This document shows, one piece after another, positions 1 to 13,140 of a stretch of DNA of 64,000 nucleotides. The DNA lies in NCBI RefSeq assembly GCF_037042905.1, contig NC_087263.1, forward strand, positions 14,262,001-14,326,000, in the 5' to 3' direction. Source of the stretch: Lytechinus pictus (Eukaryota). Every line of letters starts with the position of its first letter. Within the stretch, counting starts at the first letter, position 1. The notes under the pieces were generated by a model, which was given only the letters and a program-made list of their open reading frames with translations, did no database searches and was not told the origin of the DNA. The position numbers and the translations under genes were made by a program.

Positions 1-207
1 TAAAGTACTTCAAATAACTCCTAATAACTTTTTTAATTTTTGATGGATTTACTTCAAATCTTCACCAATATTTTTAACTTTTCCCTAATGTCATATATAA
101 TGATCCTTTTTTGTGCGTGTGATCATCGGTAGAAATATAAAGTCATGCTTTTAGCTAAACACAATGTATTATGTAAATATTTAGTTTATATTTCATTTAT
201 TCAACAG

Positions 208-463
208 GATTTGGAAAAAGCGGACTCCGTCTACAGGTCTACTCATTTTGTCAGCAGCATCATTATTCTGTGAAAGGATTACAATGTTTGGATTTTACCC
301 CTTCTCCGTCGATGCACACAACAGAACGTTAACGTACCACTACTACGACTCCTTTCCAATGAACCACTCCACAAATGCGCACAAGATGCCAGTAGAATTC
401 AAAATCTATCGACAGTTACAGAATCAAAGTGCCGTGGAGCTGCAGCTGGGGGAGTGCAATTAG
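208..463 (+). CDS. Terminal exon of an alpha-2,8-sialyltransferase-like (ST8Sia, GT29) gene; upstream exons lie outside the window
   Basis: Acceptor tcaacAG ends at 207, phase 2. Translates [50 protein letters not shown], i.e. sialylmotifs S, III and VS plus the C-terminal Cys. Same length (256 nt) and phase as exon 12885-13140. Confidence 0.93.
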
Positions 464-837
464 TAATCAGGAGAGCATATACGTCTTTCACGAAACATTT
501 AATTTATTCAAGCAACACATTCCGATGATTTTACCCAACATTCGTGTACTAGTAAAACAACATCTTAGTCGTCGTCCAAGATGTCTAACTCCCGTGGCAT
601 CAGACGCGCCATCACCAAAATCTTATCTACCCTCTTTTATCTTGTGTGCAATGTTAGATCGGCCTGCAATAAGTTTGATGAGTTATCGGCCGTTATCTCA
701 TATTTTGATGTAGACATTGTCGCCATTACTGAGACGTGGTTTAGAGATGACTGTCCACCTAATAGTTTCTCCATCCCGGGCTATTGTTTAGGAGCTAAAT
801 CAAGATGTGATCGACGAGGTGGTGGAGTAGCGATATA

Positions 838-1879
838 CAATGCGTTTCAGAAAAAAGGTAATCCAAATCTAGAGGGCTGGTATTCGGATCACATTAAAAT
901 TTGTGTAATTATTCTGCATGGATATAAAAGAGTAACTCATCAGCTTTCCATTGGTACCATATTTGTGACATTTGTGCCACGCATGACAAAATTAAGTGAT
1001 GTTGAAGAAAACAGGTGCAGGTACCACTTTTTCCAAGTTTTTGAAAACTTGAAAGAGCAAATGCTGATGTAAATACTTTCACCAAATCCTGAGCTTCCAA
1101 AAATCTTGATTGGACCTTTTTCTTCCAATGGACTGCAAATAGGCGAATGTACTTGCAAATGATTAATGAGGAGATTGTACCACGGTCGATGGACCAAATT
1201 TTGATAGGCAGGTTCGAGGAGTGTACCTGCGTCCGAGTCTTTGGTGGATTCAGGACTAGCACTCCTGTCCATCGTTCGAAAATCTTTCGAGATAGACTCA
1301 AAGAACTCTTTGAAGTTTGGACATGAATGTGTTGCCCTTAACCATGACGTAGAATGGCCACCAAGATTCTCTGACCCAGCGCCTGTGATTGTTTCCTTTG
1401 AGGACACTAAAAAACAAGGTATTTGTAATTCCTCCTTAAGATCTTGATGATTTGCAGGGCCGAATTCGACATATTAGGTGGAAGCTTTTTGTGCCGACAA
1501 TGGTTAAGACAGCTGTAAGATATCCTTACTCCCTCCACGCTACAGGTTTTGTGTGCAAAGGAGAGGAAGATATGTTGAAGGTGTGGGTGAATTAACCTTT
1601 CAATCACCATTTCAGAGAATGCCTTGACTCTTTTACAGTTTATTCTATCAAACGCAAATTTTACCCACATTACCCAAACTTGGAAAAAATTGTACCTGCA
1701 CCTGTTGTCTTCAACATCAATTAATTCGGTTATGAGTGGCGCAGATGGTACAAATAGGGTATCAATGGAAAGCTGATGAGTTTTTCTTCCATATCCATGC
1801 AGAATAATTCCACAAAATTAAATATGATCCAAATATCGGCCCTCTAGATTTGGATTACCTTTTTTTCTGAAACGCACTG
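838..1879 (+). mobile_element. Internally deleted Tc1/mariner DNA transposon inside the LINE endonuclease
   Basis: About 200-bp TIRs (CA(A/G)TGCGTTTCAGAAAAAAGGTAATCC..), TA duplicated at 836-837 and 1880-1881. Transposase remnants LIGPFFF..MYLQMI, WWIQD-APVH and EWPPR.D..CD.FL.G..KNKVF at about 1100-1440. Confidence 0.88.
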
Positions 1880-3220
1880 TATGTGAGAGAGTTTTTGAAT
1901 CCTTTAGTCAACATCCAAGTTCCCGACGACCTTGAAGTGACATGGATGAAGATACGCCCTCCCCGTCTTCCGAGATCTATCTCTTGTATTTACTGTGCTG
2001 TTGTATACTATCCAAACACCCGATGGAGAACTTGAAAGTGAACTAAATCATCATTTAGTGAATACTATAGATATTATCCTAACTAATCACGTGGATGCAG
2101 GAATTGTGGTATTGGGCGATTTTAATCAAATGAATATTGATCCAGTAATTATAACTTATCCTTTTCGACAAGTTGTTGATTATATATACGACAGTGCAGC
2201 GGCGGCGTTTGGACGATGGATATCTAATTATGACTGGCCAGAATTAAAGGACCATCCTGATGTAAACGTTCTATGTAATTATTTTCATCTAAAGTTGAAT
2301 TCTGCAATAAACAAATATTTTCCTATTCGCAAGGTAGTTCTTTATGTTAGAGATAAACCCTGGATGACAGGAGAAATCAAATCTCTGATTCACAAGAGAC
2401 AGATTGCATTTCATCTAGGGAAAGAAAATGTTCGGAAGCGGTTGAGAAACAAAATAAATTCTCTTATAAAGAAATCAAAATTAAATTTCTACTCATCGAG
2501 GATCCAGAGACTTAAAAAAAGTAATCATTCACGATAGTATCAAGAAATAAGTATCCTTACAAAAGGAAACTTAGCATCACTAAACATCCGGGTTGAAGGT
2601 ATTGATCCTATAAAATGAAAATAGCAAATGCTATCAATGAACATCTCATGTCTGTCTCTTCTGACTTAGAGCCATTTAATATGGCGTGTCTTCCTGCATA
2701 CCTACCATCATGAAGACTTCCTGATGTAACCCCATGGCAAGTTAATAAGGCCCTTTCAAAAATCAAAGGTTCAGAGACTAATGGCCCTGAAGGTATTTCA
2801 GCGCGTTTGATTCGTCTTTTTTTCTGTAGAACTCTCTGATCCTTTAACATGCATAATCGATGCTTCTTTCAGGCAGGGTAAAGTTCCGGACTCTTGGAAG
2901 CGGGCCATCGTGGTGCCGATTCCGAAAGTTAACCCTCCAAGTATTGACAAACTTAGACCTTTATCTCTGACAGATCACTATGCTAAGGTTATACAAGGTT
3001 TTATAGCAGAATGGATGAATCAATATATCTCTAAACATATTGATCCTTGTCAGTTTGGAAACCGAAAACATTATCAACCTCACATTGTTTAATTAACATT
3101 CTTCACCATATTTTCTTGAATGCGGAAACACCAAAAACATTATCAACTGTACTTCTCATCGATTTCAAAAAGGCATTTGACAGAATAGATCATACAATTG
3201 CCATAAAAAAATTTACCGAT

Positions 3221-3387
3221 TTTTTTTTTTTTTTTAAACAAGTGCACACCTAGTTACAAATAATGCGTAAAGCATTTCCTTTTATTTGAATGCAGGATAA
3301 AAGAGCATAGGTGTCGTAGCCGGGGATCGAACCCCGGACTTTCCATGTATAGCCAGGCGCCTTAGACCACTCGGCCACGGCACCTCC
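3221..3387 (-). mobile_element. tRNA-derived SINE inserted in the LINE RT
   Basis: Minus strand A box TGGCCGAGTGG, B box GTTCGATCC, poly(A) tail; the RT frame resumes after it. Confidence 0.85.
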
Positions 3388-5776
3388 AAATTGGTCTGCG
3401 CCCATCGATAGTTCTTTGGATATCAGATTTTCTGTCTGAGCGTAAACAATGTGTACGTTATCAGATTGGTGCCAAATCAAGGCAGGTGTGCCCCAGGGTA
3501 TAAAAATCGGTCCCTTAATTTTTCTTGTAATGATAAATGACTTTAAAACCAATGATTGTATGCATATGTTTAAATATGTTGACGATTTAACTCTGGTCGA
3601 ATGTCGTAAATCAAACCACTTTCAAACATGCAAGAAGCAGTAACATGTCTGTATAAATGGGCTGAATCCAATAAAATGCAATTGAATCCTACAAAGTGTA
3701 TCAAAATGGACATCTGTTTCTCTAGAGATCCAGTTAACCACTATCCACTTACCCTTGATAATTCTGTACTTGCTAGTGTGACCCAAGTGAAATTACTTGG
3801 CGTTACAATACAGAACGATTTAAAGTGGGAAGCACATATTTCTGACATAAAAAAAGAGAGCAAATGCAAAACTATATATGCTCCGCACCTTAGCAAAATA
3901 TAGTCATTCTCACGAGGATTTAGTTACAATTTTCATTGGCTATATTCGCCCAATACTTGAGTATGCTGCTCCAGTTTGGAGCGGATGTCCTTTAGAAAGA
4001 ATTCAAAAACGCGCCTTAAGAATTATCTTTAGAAATGATTATGATTGTTACACTACTGCTCTTACTGTGTCAAAATTACAACAATTAGAAAAACGTCGAA
4101 ATGATCTGAGTGTCGCCTTCTTCAAAATGACTTTATTGCAAACAATAAATTTACGAAAGACAAGAAAGATATACGAACCCAAATGTAAAACTAAGCGTAT
4201 GTGGAACAGCACAATCCCTGATCTGATCCGTTAAAACAACAACAAAAACCCTTGAATGATTATGCTTTTCGTATTGTATATTACTGTTAGGATTGTTTGT
4301 CATGTTCATTGTCGTAACTTGCCCTTTATTCTTATTTATTTGTCACATGTTCTTGTCAGGATCAATCTCATTCCCTCCCTAATTTATTTTTTTCTTCTAT
4401 TTTCTATCTAACTTCTATAACCCTGTACTCTTTCCTTGCCTTCTCCTTTCCAAAAATCTATCTTGATCCTGACAATATACAGTTATGATGCATGAATGTA
4501 AGTTTAATAGTTTTAATTGTATCATAAGATCAATGGTATACAGTATATTATCGACTTTGCACACTTGAAAATTGTATTGTATTCAATGAAATGTATACTT
4601 GGATTTTTAACTTTGTAATTCACATGCAATTCAGTTTCTTAATTGCAATATGTGGAAAATTTTAATAAATACCATTTATCTATCTATCTCATATAGTCAA
4701 CGATTTTCACTGGCTAATTTTCTCTGAACCAATCCGATTTGGGGATTTCCGTAGCTTATAACAACCGTCAATATAACTTGCTGACAATTCTTTGCATAAA
4801 ATGCTCCATGGAAACGAAACAGAATAGTTGAATTCATATTTTTCACAAGTTGCCATAAATCTTGCAAGGAAACTCCCTTAGACTTAAACATGTTAAAACA
4901 AAAAAATCTTTCATCACTTTTCTAGACAACTCTATTCCAAACTCAAATTCTTGACGCCCTCTACCGTTTTTTGGTGCCTCGATCATAAACATTCACTTAA
5001 CATAATTAATGGAACTTGATAGTTTCGGATGACTGAAATATGATGCAAAATTACCATTTGATTCTCAGTAATAAATGAGACGTGCCGATACCTACTCGCT
5101 AACCTTACCCGTTTGAACGAGCACAATGAGTTCACTATGCTAAAATTCAACAGTGTGAAGATTATTTCACACTTTGGACATGTCGTCAGTGTGAGTGCTC
5201 ATCACAGTATACTAAAAAAATATACGATATTAATATTGACGTTGTGATACGCTCGGGCTGTTAAAGTGCTCAAATTTAACACTGCGAAGATAACTATAAC
5301 TATGGATTTTTAGTGTGAACTAGTGTTCACACTCCACATATGTCCGAATCTGATAACCACTGCAGTGTTAAAATGCTCGAATGTAACAAAGTGTGAAGAA
5401 AGTTCACACTGTGGTAACCTCGACAATTGTGTTCACAGTGTGTTCCCTGCATGTGAAAATTTTATATTTTAGAAATATTAATATTTCATATGTGATACGC
5501 ACGGACTGTTAAAATGTTAAAATGTATCAACACTGTGAAGATAATTTCAAACTGTGTCCACCTGTATAGGATGGGTATCCACGGTGTATTTTTAGATTCA
5601 CACCATTAAATTACTCGAAATTTAAGTGTGGAGATATTTTCACACCGGTCACCTTAAGATGAGAGTGAGTTTCCAAGTGTGTTCACATAGTGGGGTATAT
5701 GAAGATGTGATTCACATATACTCACATTTAATAGTGTGGCGGTGATTTCAATGTGTTCCACAATGTCATCATCATC

Positions 5777-6020
5777 AACGTGGAGCGTTGTGGCCCAGTG
5801 GATTAGTCTTCTGACTTTGAAACAAAGGGTCGTGGGTTCGAATCCCAGCCATGGCGTAATTTTCTCGTTCAGCAAGAAATTTATCCACATTGTGCTGTAC
5901 TCAACCCAGGTGAGGTGAATGGGTACCCGGCAGTGTTAATTCCTTGAATGCATGCGCGCTGAAAGGCAGCTCGAGCTAAAGCCAGGGTAATAATGATAAT
6001 AACAACGCGCCCCGGAATAG
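5777..6020 (+). mobile_element. tRNA-derived SINE with conserved central domain
   Basis: A box TGGCCCAGTGG, B box GGTTCGAATCC, core ACTCAACCCAGGTG..AATGGGTACC. Related pieces at about 14870-14930 (+) and 29365-29500 (-). Confidence 0.85.
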
Positions 6021-6535
6021 AACTGTGGTCACCTTGTTAGGATGGGTATCCACGGTGTGTTTTTAGATTCACACCATTAAATTACTCGAAATTTAAGTGT
6101 GGAGATATTTCCACACCGGTCACCTTAAGATAAGAGTGAGTTTTCAAGTGTGTTCACATAGTGGGGTATATGAAGATTTGATTCACATATATTCACATTT
6201 AATAGTGTGGCGGTGATTTCATCGTGTTACACAATGTGAACACAATAAACACACGCTAGAACACACTGTGGAAAAAAGGTGGATTCTTTCGGGCAGCTAT
6301 TATCATGATGTGATTTATCTTCACTTGGTTTTTCCTTCTTCAAAGAGACCTGTTATTTGCAGAGAGGCTTCCGTAACAAGGCTTCTCCCAGATCATTTAT
6401 TGTCCCCCTCGCATCAGAAAAGGTATTGTTCCCCCCTTTTTTCTGTGTCCAGAGAGCTATCATTGCGAATGTTTGCGAACACTCCAGTCATTTGGTACGG
6501 AGGCGACTTTCCCGTCAAATACGGTACATTAATTC

Positions 6536-6686
6536 ATGGCGGCACCCAAGGCGTCGAGATTTTTACCCGTTCTTTTCTGCTTATTGGCGGTATGCATGTG
6601 GTTGTTTCTCTCGGTTGCTGAATATGTATTATCAGAATTCCATCAAAAACCTTCATTAATACCGCCAAGAAAAATCACTTTAAAAG
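6536..6686 (+). CDS. ST8Sia-like exon 1 (cytoplasmic tail and signal anchor)
   Basis: ATG at 6536, hydrophobic stretch, donor AAG|GTAAGT at 6687. Confidence 0.85.
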
Positions 6687-9600
6687 GTAAGTTATGCATC
6701 TCGTTGTTCCGATCTTGAAAGCCGTGTGGACATAATGAATATTTTAACTGTTTAAAATCTAAGCAACGCTGTTAAAGCCCGTCACTCTATAGGCCTAAAC
6801 TGCTTAAATTCTAAATTGTCTCCTTTCCATTCAGTTGAAATTATTTGACAGGCATGCCCTTTACAAATTGAAATATATTAGTGTGAGACAATTAATTTTG
6901 TTCCGTCGACAACACCAACAAATTGTTCCAAAAGCTGTTTAAAATCTAAGCAACGCTGTTAAAGCCCGTCACTCTATAGGCCTAAACTGTTTAAATTCTA
7001 AATTGTCTCCTTTACATTCAGTTGAAATTATTTGACAGGCATGCCCTTTACAAATTGAAATATATTAGTGTGAGACAATTATTTTTGTTCCGTCGACAAC
7101 ACCAACAAATTGTTCCAAAAGGGAACATAGCTCTCTTTCACAGTTGTTTCGTTGTAATAAATATTTAATAATCCACGAAAGAGTACCATCTTAATCTTTC
7201 AATATTTCAGATCCAATAAAAGAAATTCGGTCTATGAAAGCGATATCAAACCCGTTAAAAGAAAATCGAGCTTTGAAATTGCCACCTACGAATTTCTATA
7301 TCAGGTAAGCTTGAGATTTATTTCGATTTAGAGGGTGAATATTCCTCTTGGGTAACCATGGTAACTGACTAAACAACGCCAAAATTGTAAATTTTAAACG
7401 GAGCTTTGTGACTATTCGGCCATAAACATTTTTTTTTGGCTGTATATGAGACCAAGCAAACATTCGGTTTACCTTGCTTGTATTATAGTTGTTGCTGATG
7501 CTCCTATGGGCCTATAGATGAACTAATTCAATATATGAAGAGCTCACTTGCAAAAGGGGTTAGGTCCATTTTTCATCAAATTTGATTTTTTTTTTTGGTC
7601 TCAATGTATAGATTTTTATTAGCTCTATAAGATGATACCAAAGAAAAGTTGAAATTCCCATTAAAAAGTGATCTAACATGGCAAAGAAAAATCACCTTTT
7701 TTCAAAAGGGGTTAGGTCCATTTCAGTTTGGTCGCAAAAGGGGTTAGGTCCACACAGAATTTTTTTGGAAAAGAATATTTTAAAATATATGAAGACAGCT
7801 AGATTTCTTTTATACCTAATTTCATTTCTCATGGTAGGATATCATGAAAATTTTGTTTCACATAAGAATATTGCAATATGGGGAATAAAAAAACGATTTT
7901 CTTGGAGTGGACCTAACCCCTTTTGCAAACAAACTCTTCTGAAGTGCTCATTTGTCAAAAGGGGTTAGGTCCATTGTTCATAAATTTTATTGTTTTCTGT
8001 CTCAAAACCTCTAAATTTTTAGTCGCTCTGATGAAAACACAGAAAATTTGAAATTCACATGAAAACGTGAATAAAGTGGCAAAGAAAAATCACTTTTTTA
8101 TTTAAAAAAGAATGGATTCATTTCAGTTTGCTTGCAAAAGGGGTTAGGTCCACAAAAATAATTTTTAAAAGAATATATAGAAAAAAGTTAAAGACAGGTA
8201 GATTTCTTTTATACCCAATTTTATGTTCACATGATAGGGTAGTACATCATGACAATTTAGTTTCTCATAAGAATATTGCAATAAGTGAGAATAAAAAACA
8301 TAGTTTTTCTCGGAAGGGTCCAAAATGGACCTAACCCCTTTTGCAACTAAACTCTTCATATTGGCATGAAGGAAGTCGATGGATTCCGAAACCACAAGCA
8401 CTTGAAGTGATTTTCCTTGTCAATTTGTTATTGACATGAAGTATTTGTTTCTGTCTTGTATATCACGGGCTATAATGTTTTGAAGCACAACGCCAATGTT
8501 GAAATGTCCTCTTGGAAAGTGCTCCCATACATATTTCGTAGTATTATAAAAGCTGCCCCAAAGATTCTAACTTGGGCCTATACGATTAAACTATTAAAGT
8601 AATTGATATTTCCTTCCTTCTGAACTGTACTATTGGCAACATAGAAGTTTCAAAATATGCCTTTGATGTAGGTATACAGAAATGGTTGATGTCTTCTAGT
8701 TTAGGATTTTATATGTATCAATTGGACTGAAACAGATCAAAACAAATTCTATGAAGAGAAGATAAAACTTGTTTTTGCATCGCCTTTTAATGTATGAAGA
8801 TGAATGCCAGGCCTGGTAAATGCCACATATGAATTCTATTAAAATACTGTTAAATTTTTCGTCCATATTGCAGGACAAAGGTTTCGAAGAACCTGAAAAA
8901 ATGGCAGACGATACAGATCTACAAGAGGAACGTTAAACCAGAAAACTTTGATTTCAAAGTTAATGAAACCTTGTTGCTTCGGGATAATAAAACGGAATCG
9001 ATTCCTGCTCTACAGACATGCGCAGTGGTTGGAAACTCTGGAATATTATCGGGCAGCAGCTGTGGAAAAGCAATAGATGACCATGACTTTGTATTCAGGA
9101 TGAACTTAGCGCCGTTTGGACGCGGCTATGGAAAAGATGTAGGTTACAAGGCCAATACCACGACACTAAACTTCTCGCAGCTCATGTCAATGGCGAGATG
9201 CGCTAAAGGACGCTTTAAGAAAATGTCTTCTAGTTGCTCAAAGATGTTGACAAATATGAAATTGTACAATGATTCTGTGATATGGTACTCGAAAGGTAGT
9301 TCGCGGAAAGGCAACATGAACGTTTTGTCACGAGCTATGAAAGATGAATTCAATTTCACGGCGGGATGGGCCTATAGTCCCGTGAGTCTATTTGGTGCTG
9401 TTCCCAGGTAAGTTGTGGGAATGTGATGAAAACGAGAAATTTTAGTATCGATCAAAGCCTCGAGGCTTTGGGCTTTGGCCCGACCTGTCCATGGTCTAGG
9501 GCACATCTAGTCCTTGGCCTTGGCCTCAGAGGTCTGAATTCCTTGGTCTTGTCCTAATAGGCAGTCTGGTTCTAGACTTGACCTCGGAAGTCTGCATTTC

Positions 9601-9858
9601 TTGGTCTGCTTCTCCTATGGCTTCTTCGTCAGAAAAAATGAACACATTTCTTTAAAAGAGTTGTCTGCTAGAAAGACAATATTCGTTTGATTAACGCACA
9701 TAGTACATGCACATCTCAAACACACACATGCACCCCTCCCACATACAGTCACGCACACCCTCCCTTACACACCCACCCACACAGACCCATGTTTTATATA
9801 TATTTATATATACATACATACATACACACCCTCTTACACACCAACACACACACCCCCT

Positions 9859-9903
<45 letters not shown>

Positions 9904-12900
9904 GTTTATCGGACTCGGAGAAGATGCTAGTATATAGAGCAAAAACTAGAGACGTCAACTGTTATTACAAGCCATAATTGGGCCATTAATTGGGCCTTCT
10001 AAGTCTCCAGCTTTCTTGCTTTACGAGCAACCTCTCCAATATAGGCCTATACGTTTCAAAAGCACCCATGTTTAGGTCTTAGCTCTTCACATGTTGCATA
10101 TCCTTCCTTTACTTCTTGGCGTCATTTCCTGAGGCTTAGGCTTGCGAATTATAAAAGATTGGGATATGTAATTTCAAAATCTGTGTCAGAAAAGCTTTGA
10201 CTATTGAAGAAACATAGCGGCTTTTTTCATTGAAAAAAAAAGAATATTCCAAATGCAATGCTTATAAACATAAAATACACTTAAATATTTGTAACATGAA
10301 TATATGTTCATCGATAATTCTTTATCATGAACCATTTACAATGCTGAATATTGTTTAAAAACACAATTCCGCTTGGTATATTTGTGGAATAAAAAAAAAC
10401 ACAATTGGCTACTCCTTGAAGGACAAGTCCACCCAAACAAAATGTCGATTTGAATAAATAGAGAAAAATCCAACAAGCATAACATTGAAAATTTCATCAA
10501 AATCGGATGTAAAATAAAGCTATGACTCTTAATCTCACAGTTATACACTCTTCCTGGTCTGTATGCAAATAAGGGACTGATGACGTCACCCACTTACTTT
10601 TTCTTTTGTATTTTACTATATGAAATATGCAATATTCTAATTTTCTCTCCATTGTCCTGCAAAACAAAATTTATTCTCCGTGAACATGTGGAATTATCAT
10701 TACTTTAACATTTTGTGGTTCAGTCAAGTTGGTCCTTATTGTCAAATCTGTAAAAATTAAAATATTGTAGGATTCAAACAATAAAAAACAAAAGAAATAG
10801 TGAGTGAGTGCATATAACTGTTTTGTGAAAAGTAAGCAAAACTTCAGAGTGACATAAGGCACAACTTTCCTTTTTACATCCGATTTTGATGAAATCTTCG
10901 GTGTTATGCTTGTTTGGTTTTTCTCTATTGATCCAGATCAACATTTTTCTGGCGTGGACTTGACCTTTAAAACGGCGCACAGCCATTATCGCATCCACAC
11001 CAATGAAACCGTCTCCACACTGATACATCATACGTGTGGGTAATACAGAAATAGTGTGCGGGTTGTTGGGGGCTGTTATGGGGGTGGGGGGGGGGGGCTG
11101 GTAAGGAATAAAAGGAACTTTTCTCACAGCAATATGACAAACTGTGTAATTATGTTAATACTCTGAATTTCTGTTAAATGGACTTATGGGCTCTAAGATA
11201 AACACTTTTGTATATTTTATTGAAATTGATATGATTGCGATTTGATTTGTTCCATGATTGTACTTGTTTTCTTAGGAAAGAAAAAAGACGATTAAAAAAT
11301 AGCATTTGTCGGTCTCTGAGGTCGGTTTCATCGATAGGAATGCAGCTTAACGTGATATATTTGACCGGTTTTGAGTCAGTTACGTTGGTGTGATTACAGC
11401 TCGAGACACTTTGCATTGATACACAATCATAACAATAGACGATATACACAATGAATATCCACAGAAGCCGACTGGTAACATAAGTTACGTAATGAAATAC
11501 ATTTTGTAAATTACACACTGGAAGCCGAGAGAAAGCGATGGAGAGAGAGGGAGAGAGAGAAAGAGTAGTACTGTCACAATGTGATGTTTGATCAGGAGAA
11601 AACAAGAATCACATACAAGTGTTTATTTTTGGGGAGTTGATTGTGTCAGAGGTGTAGGCGAATCATTGTCGTACAGATGGAGGGGGGGGGGGCTTGCATG
11701 TAAACCCTAGCTCCCCCCCCCAAAAAAAAAAAAGGAAGAAAGAAAGAAGGAAAGGGAAGAGAGATATTGAAATGTTATATTATTTTCTGAAAATTATGAT
11801 TTAGATTAAAAAGGTAACAAAATAGCTCGCATCTTTTTAGATTAAAGTAATATTATATTTTATCATCAATATCAACTAAGTCTTTTCCTTGACGTCGTGC
11901 AACGGCTAAAAATTTACATTTTTTCGCCGTAACTCTGAACCATCAGCTCTGACTAGTAAATTTACTGAAAATAAAAGTAATGTCAAGCAACTAAACTTAA
12001 CGAAATAGTGTATTAAACATTCCCTGATAGTTGAAGTACTCAAGGCTGAAAACTATGTGATCTAAAATAGCTCTACAACCGGAGAGACAAAATATTTAAA
12101 ATTTCATCCTTTAAAATTTGGACGAGGAATAAACAGATTCGTGTTATTTTAAAGTTTTAAATTATTTTGGTGACACATTATTTGTGCATGTCCTCATGAA
12201 TATGCTATGATCGAGCTGATGATGCTGCCAGCCTGCCACCACTTACCTTCTGTATGTTATTATATAAAAGTATGTACACTTGAATATTGTCTTTCAAAAA
12301 TGTAACAATTTATTTCTAACAACTGATATACAGTGTATCATTGTTACGCCGGGGTGCTTGCAAATCTATAAGTATCACGTGATTCACTTTGACCAATCGG
12401 AGTGCAACATTGGGAGTACGTGGAGAAATCATTTATAAAAGAGTACCGAAGTGTGACGTCATCAATTTTCAATATTTCATTTTAGCATTTTTATACCATG
12501 TTTTACGTAGAGCATGATGAAATACCTATACTACCAAAATTTGGTGCGAATCGGTCCATGGGGGCCTGAGATGACCTCCTGAATACATTATTAGCCCAAC
12601 TGAAGTCAATGTATTATTGGCCTGCTGGTTCCGAACCTATAGAACCTGGCCAATAATACACTGACTTCAATGGGGCTAATTATGTATTCAGAAGGTAATA
12701 TCTCAGCCCCCCCCCCCCCCCCCAAGGACCGATTCGCATCAAATTTTGGTAGTGGAGGTTTTTATCATGCTCTAACCGTAAAATATATCAAAAGTGCTGA
12801 AATGCCAACAAAAATTTTGTGACGTCATCACTTCGGTACTATATTAATTATTGTCTCCCTCTTTTCTCTCTCTCTCTTTAACAGCATATGGGGAAAACGG

Positions 12901-13140
12901 CTACCTTCGACCGGTCTTCTTATTCTGTCAGCAGCATCTTTATTCTGTGAAAGGATTACGATGTTTGGTTTTTATCCATTCCCAGTCGATACACAAAACA
13001 GGACGTTATCCTACCATTACTACGACTCGGCCAAAATGGATTATGCAAAGAATCCGCACAAGATGCCTGTGGAATTCAAACTCTATTTGGAGTTACAAAA
13101 GAAATCGGCAGTGAAACTTCAGCTTGTGGATTGTAACTGA
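6536..13140 (+). CDS. ST8Sia-like sialyltransferase (GT29), 4 coding exons, 344 aa type II membrane protein
   Basis: Exons 6536-6686, 7211-7304, 8874-9407 and 12885-13140 are all GT-AG, phases 1/2/2, and join into a 1035-nt ORF. N-terminal TM ([19 protein letters not shown]), motif L ([32 protein letters not shown]), S (PSTGLL..C..FGFYPF), III (HYYD), VS (HKMPVEF), terminal Cys. Confidence 0.92.
6748..7121. repeat. Near-perfect 187-bp tandem duplication in ST8Sia intron 1
   Basis: 6748-6934 and 6935-7121 differ at only a few bases. Confidence 0.95.
7211..7304 (+). CDS. ST8Sia-like exon 2 (stem region)
   Basis: tttcAG acceptor and CAG|GTAAGC donor; open in the phase needed to join exons 1 and 3. 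Confidence 0.75.
7536..8358. mobile_element. Head-to-tail dimer of a 400-bp MITE
   Basis: Each unit is bounded by GAAGAG..TTGCAAAAGGGGTTAGGTCCA and TGGACCTAACCCCTTTTGCAA..CTCTTC; TA flanks the whole dimer. Confidence 0.8.
8874..9407 (+). CDS. ST8Sia-like exon 3 (sialylmotif L)
   Basis: ttgcAG acceptor, CAG|GTAAGT donor, [10 protein letters not shown] motif. Confidence 0.93.
9715..9903. repeat. (CA)n/(TA)n microsatellite
   Basis: Direct reading. Confidence 0.9.
10416..10970. mobile_element. TTAA-flanked MITE (Kolobok-like)
   Basis: AGGACAAGTCCAC..GTGGACTTGACCT|TTAA ends with near-palindromic arms. Confidence 0.78.
12441..12842. mobile_element. Palindromic MITE just upstream of ST8Sia exon 4
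   Basis: AGTACCGAAGTG..TGACGTCA and TGACGTCA..CACTTCGGTACT TIRs; the arms pair throughout. Confidence 0.8.
12885..13140 (+). CDS. ST8Sia-like exon 4 (sialylmotifs S, III, VS)
   Basis: Pyrimidine tract plus acAG acceptor; [39 protein letters not shown]. Confidence 0.94.

Larger units (their letters stand above)
570..4690 (+). mobile_element. Decayed CR1/L2-group LINE (APE endonuclease and RT), interrupted by two insertions
   Basis: Frameshifted ORF2 motifs: CNVRS..NKFDEL, AITETW, RRGGGVAIY|VRE, GDFN, KPWMT, VPIPK, DFKKAFDRIDH, GVPQG, KYVDDLT, IRPILEYAAPVW. AATAAA at 4664 followed by a (TATC)n tail. Confidence 0.93.

Noticed and set aside
5780..5852. tRNA gene
   Set aside because: A and B boxes are present, but the sequence continues into a SINE body found elsewhere in the window. 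The 3315-3387 head is likewise part of a SINE.
9687..9977. Low-complexity ORFs (also near 13818, 17356, 26669, 36810 and 60213)
   Set aside because: Translations of microsatellites or purine/pyrimidine tracts.
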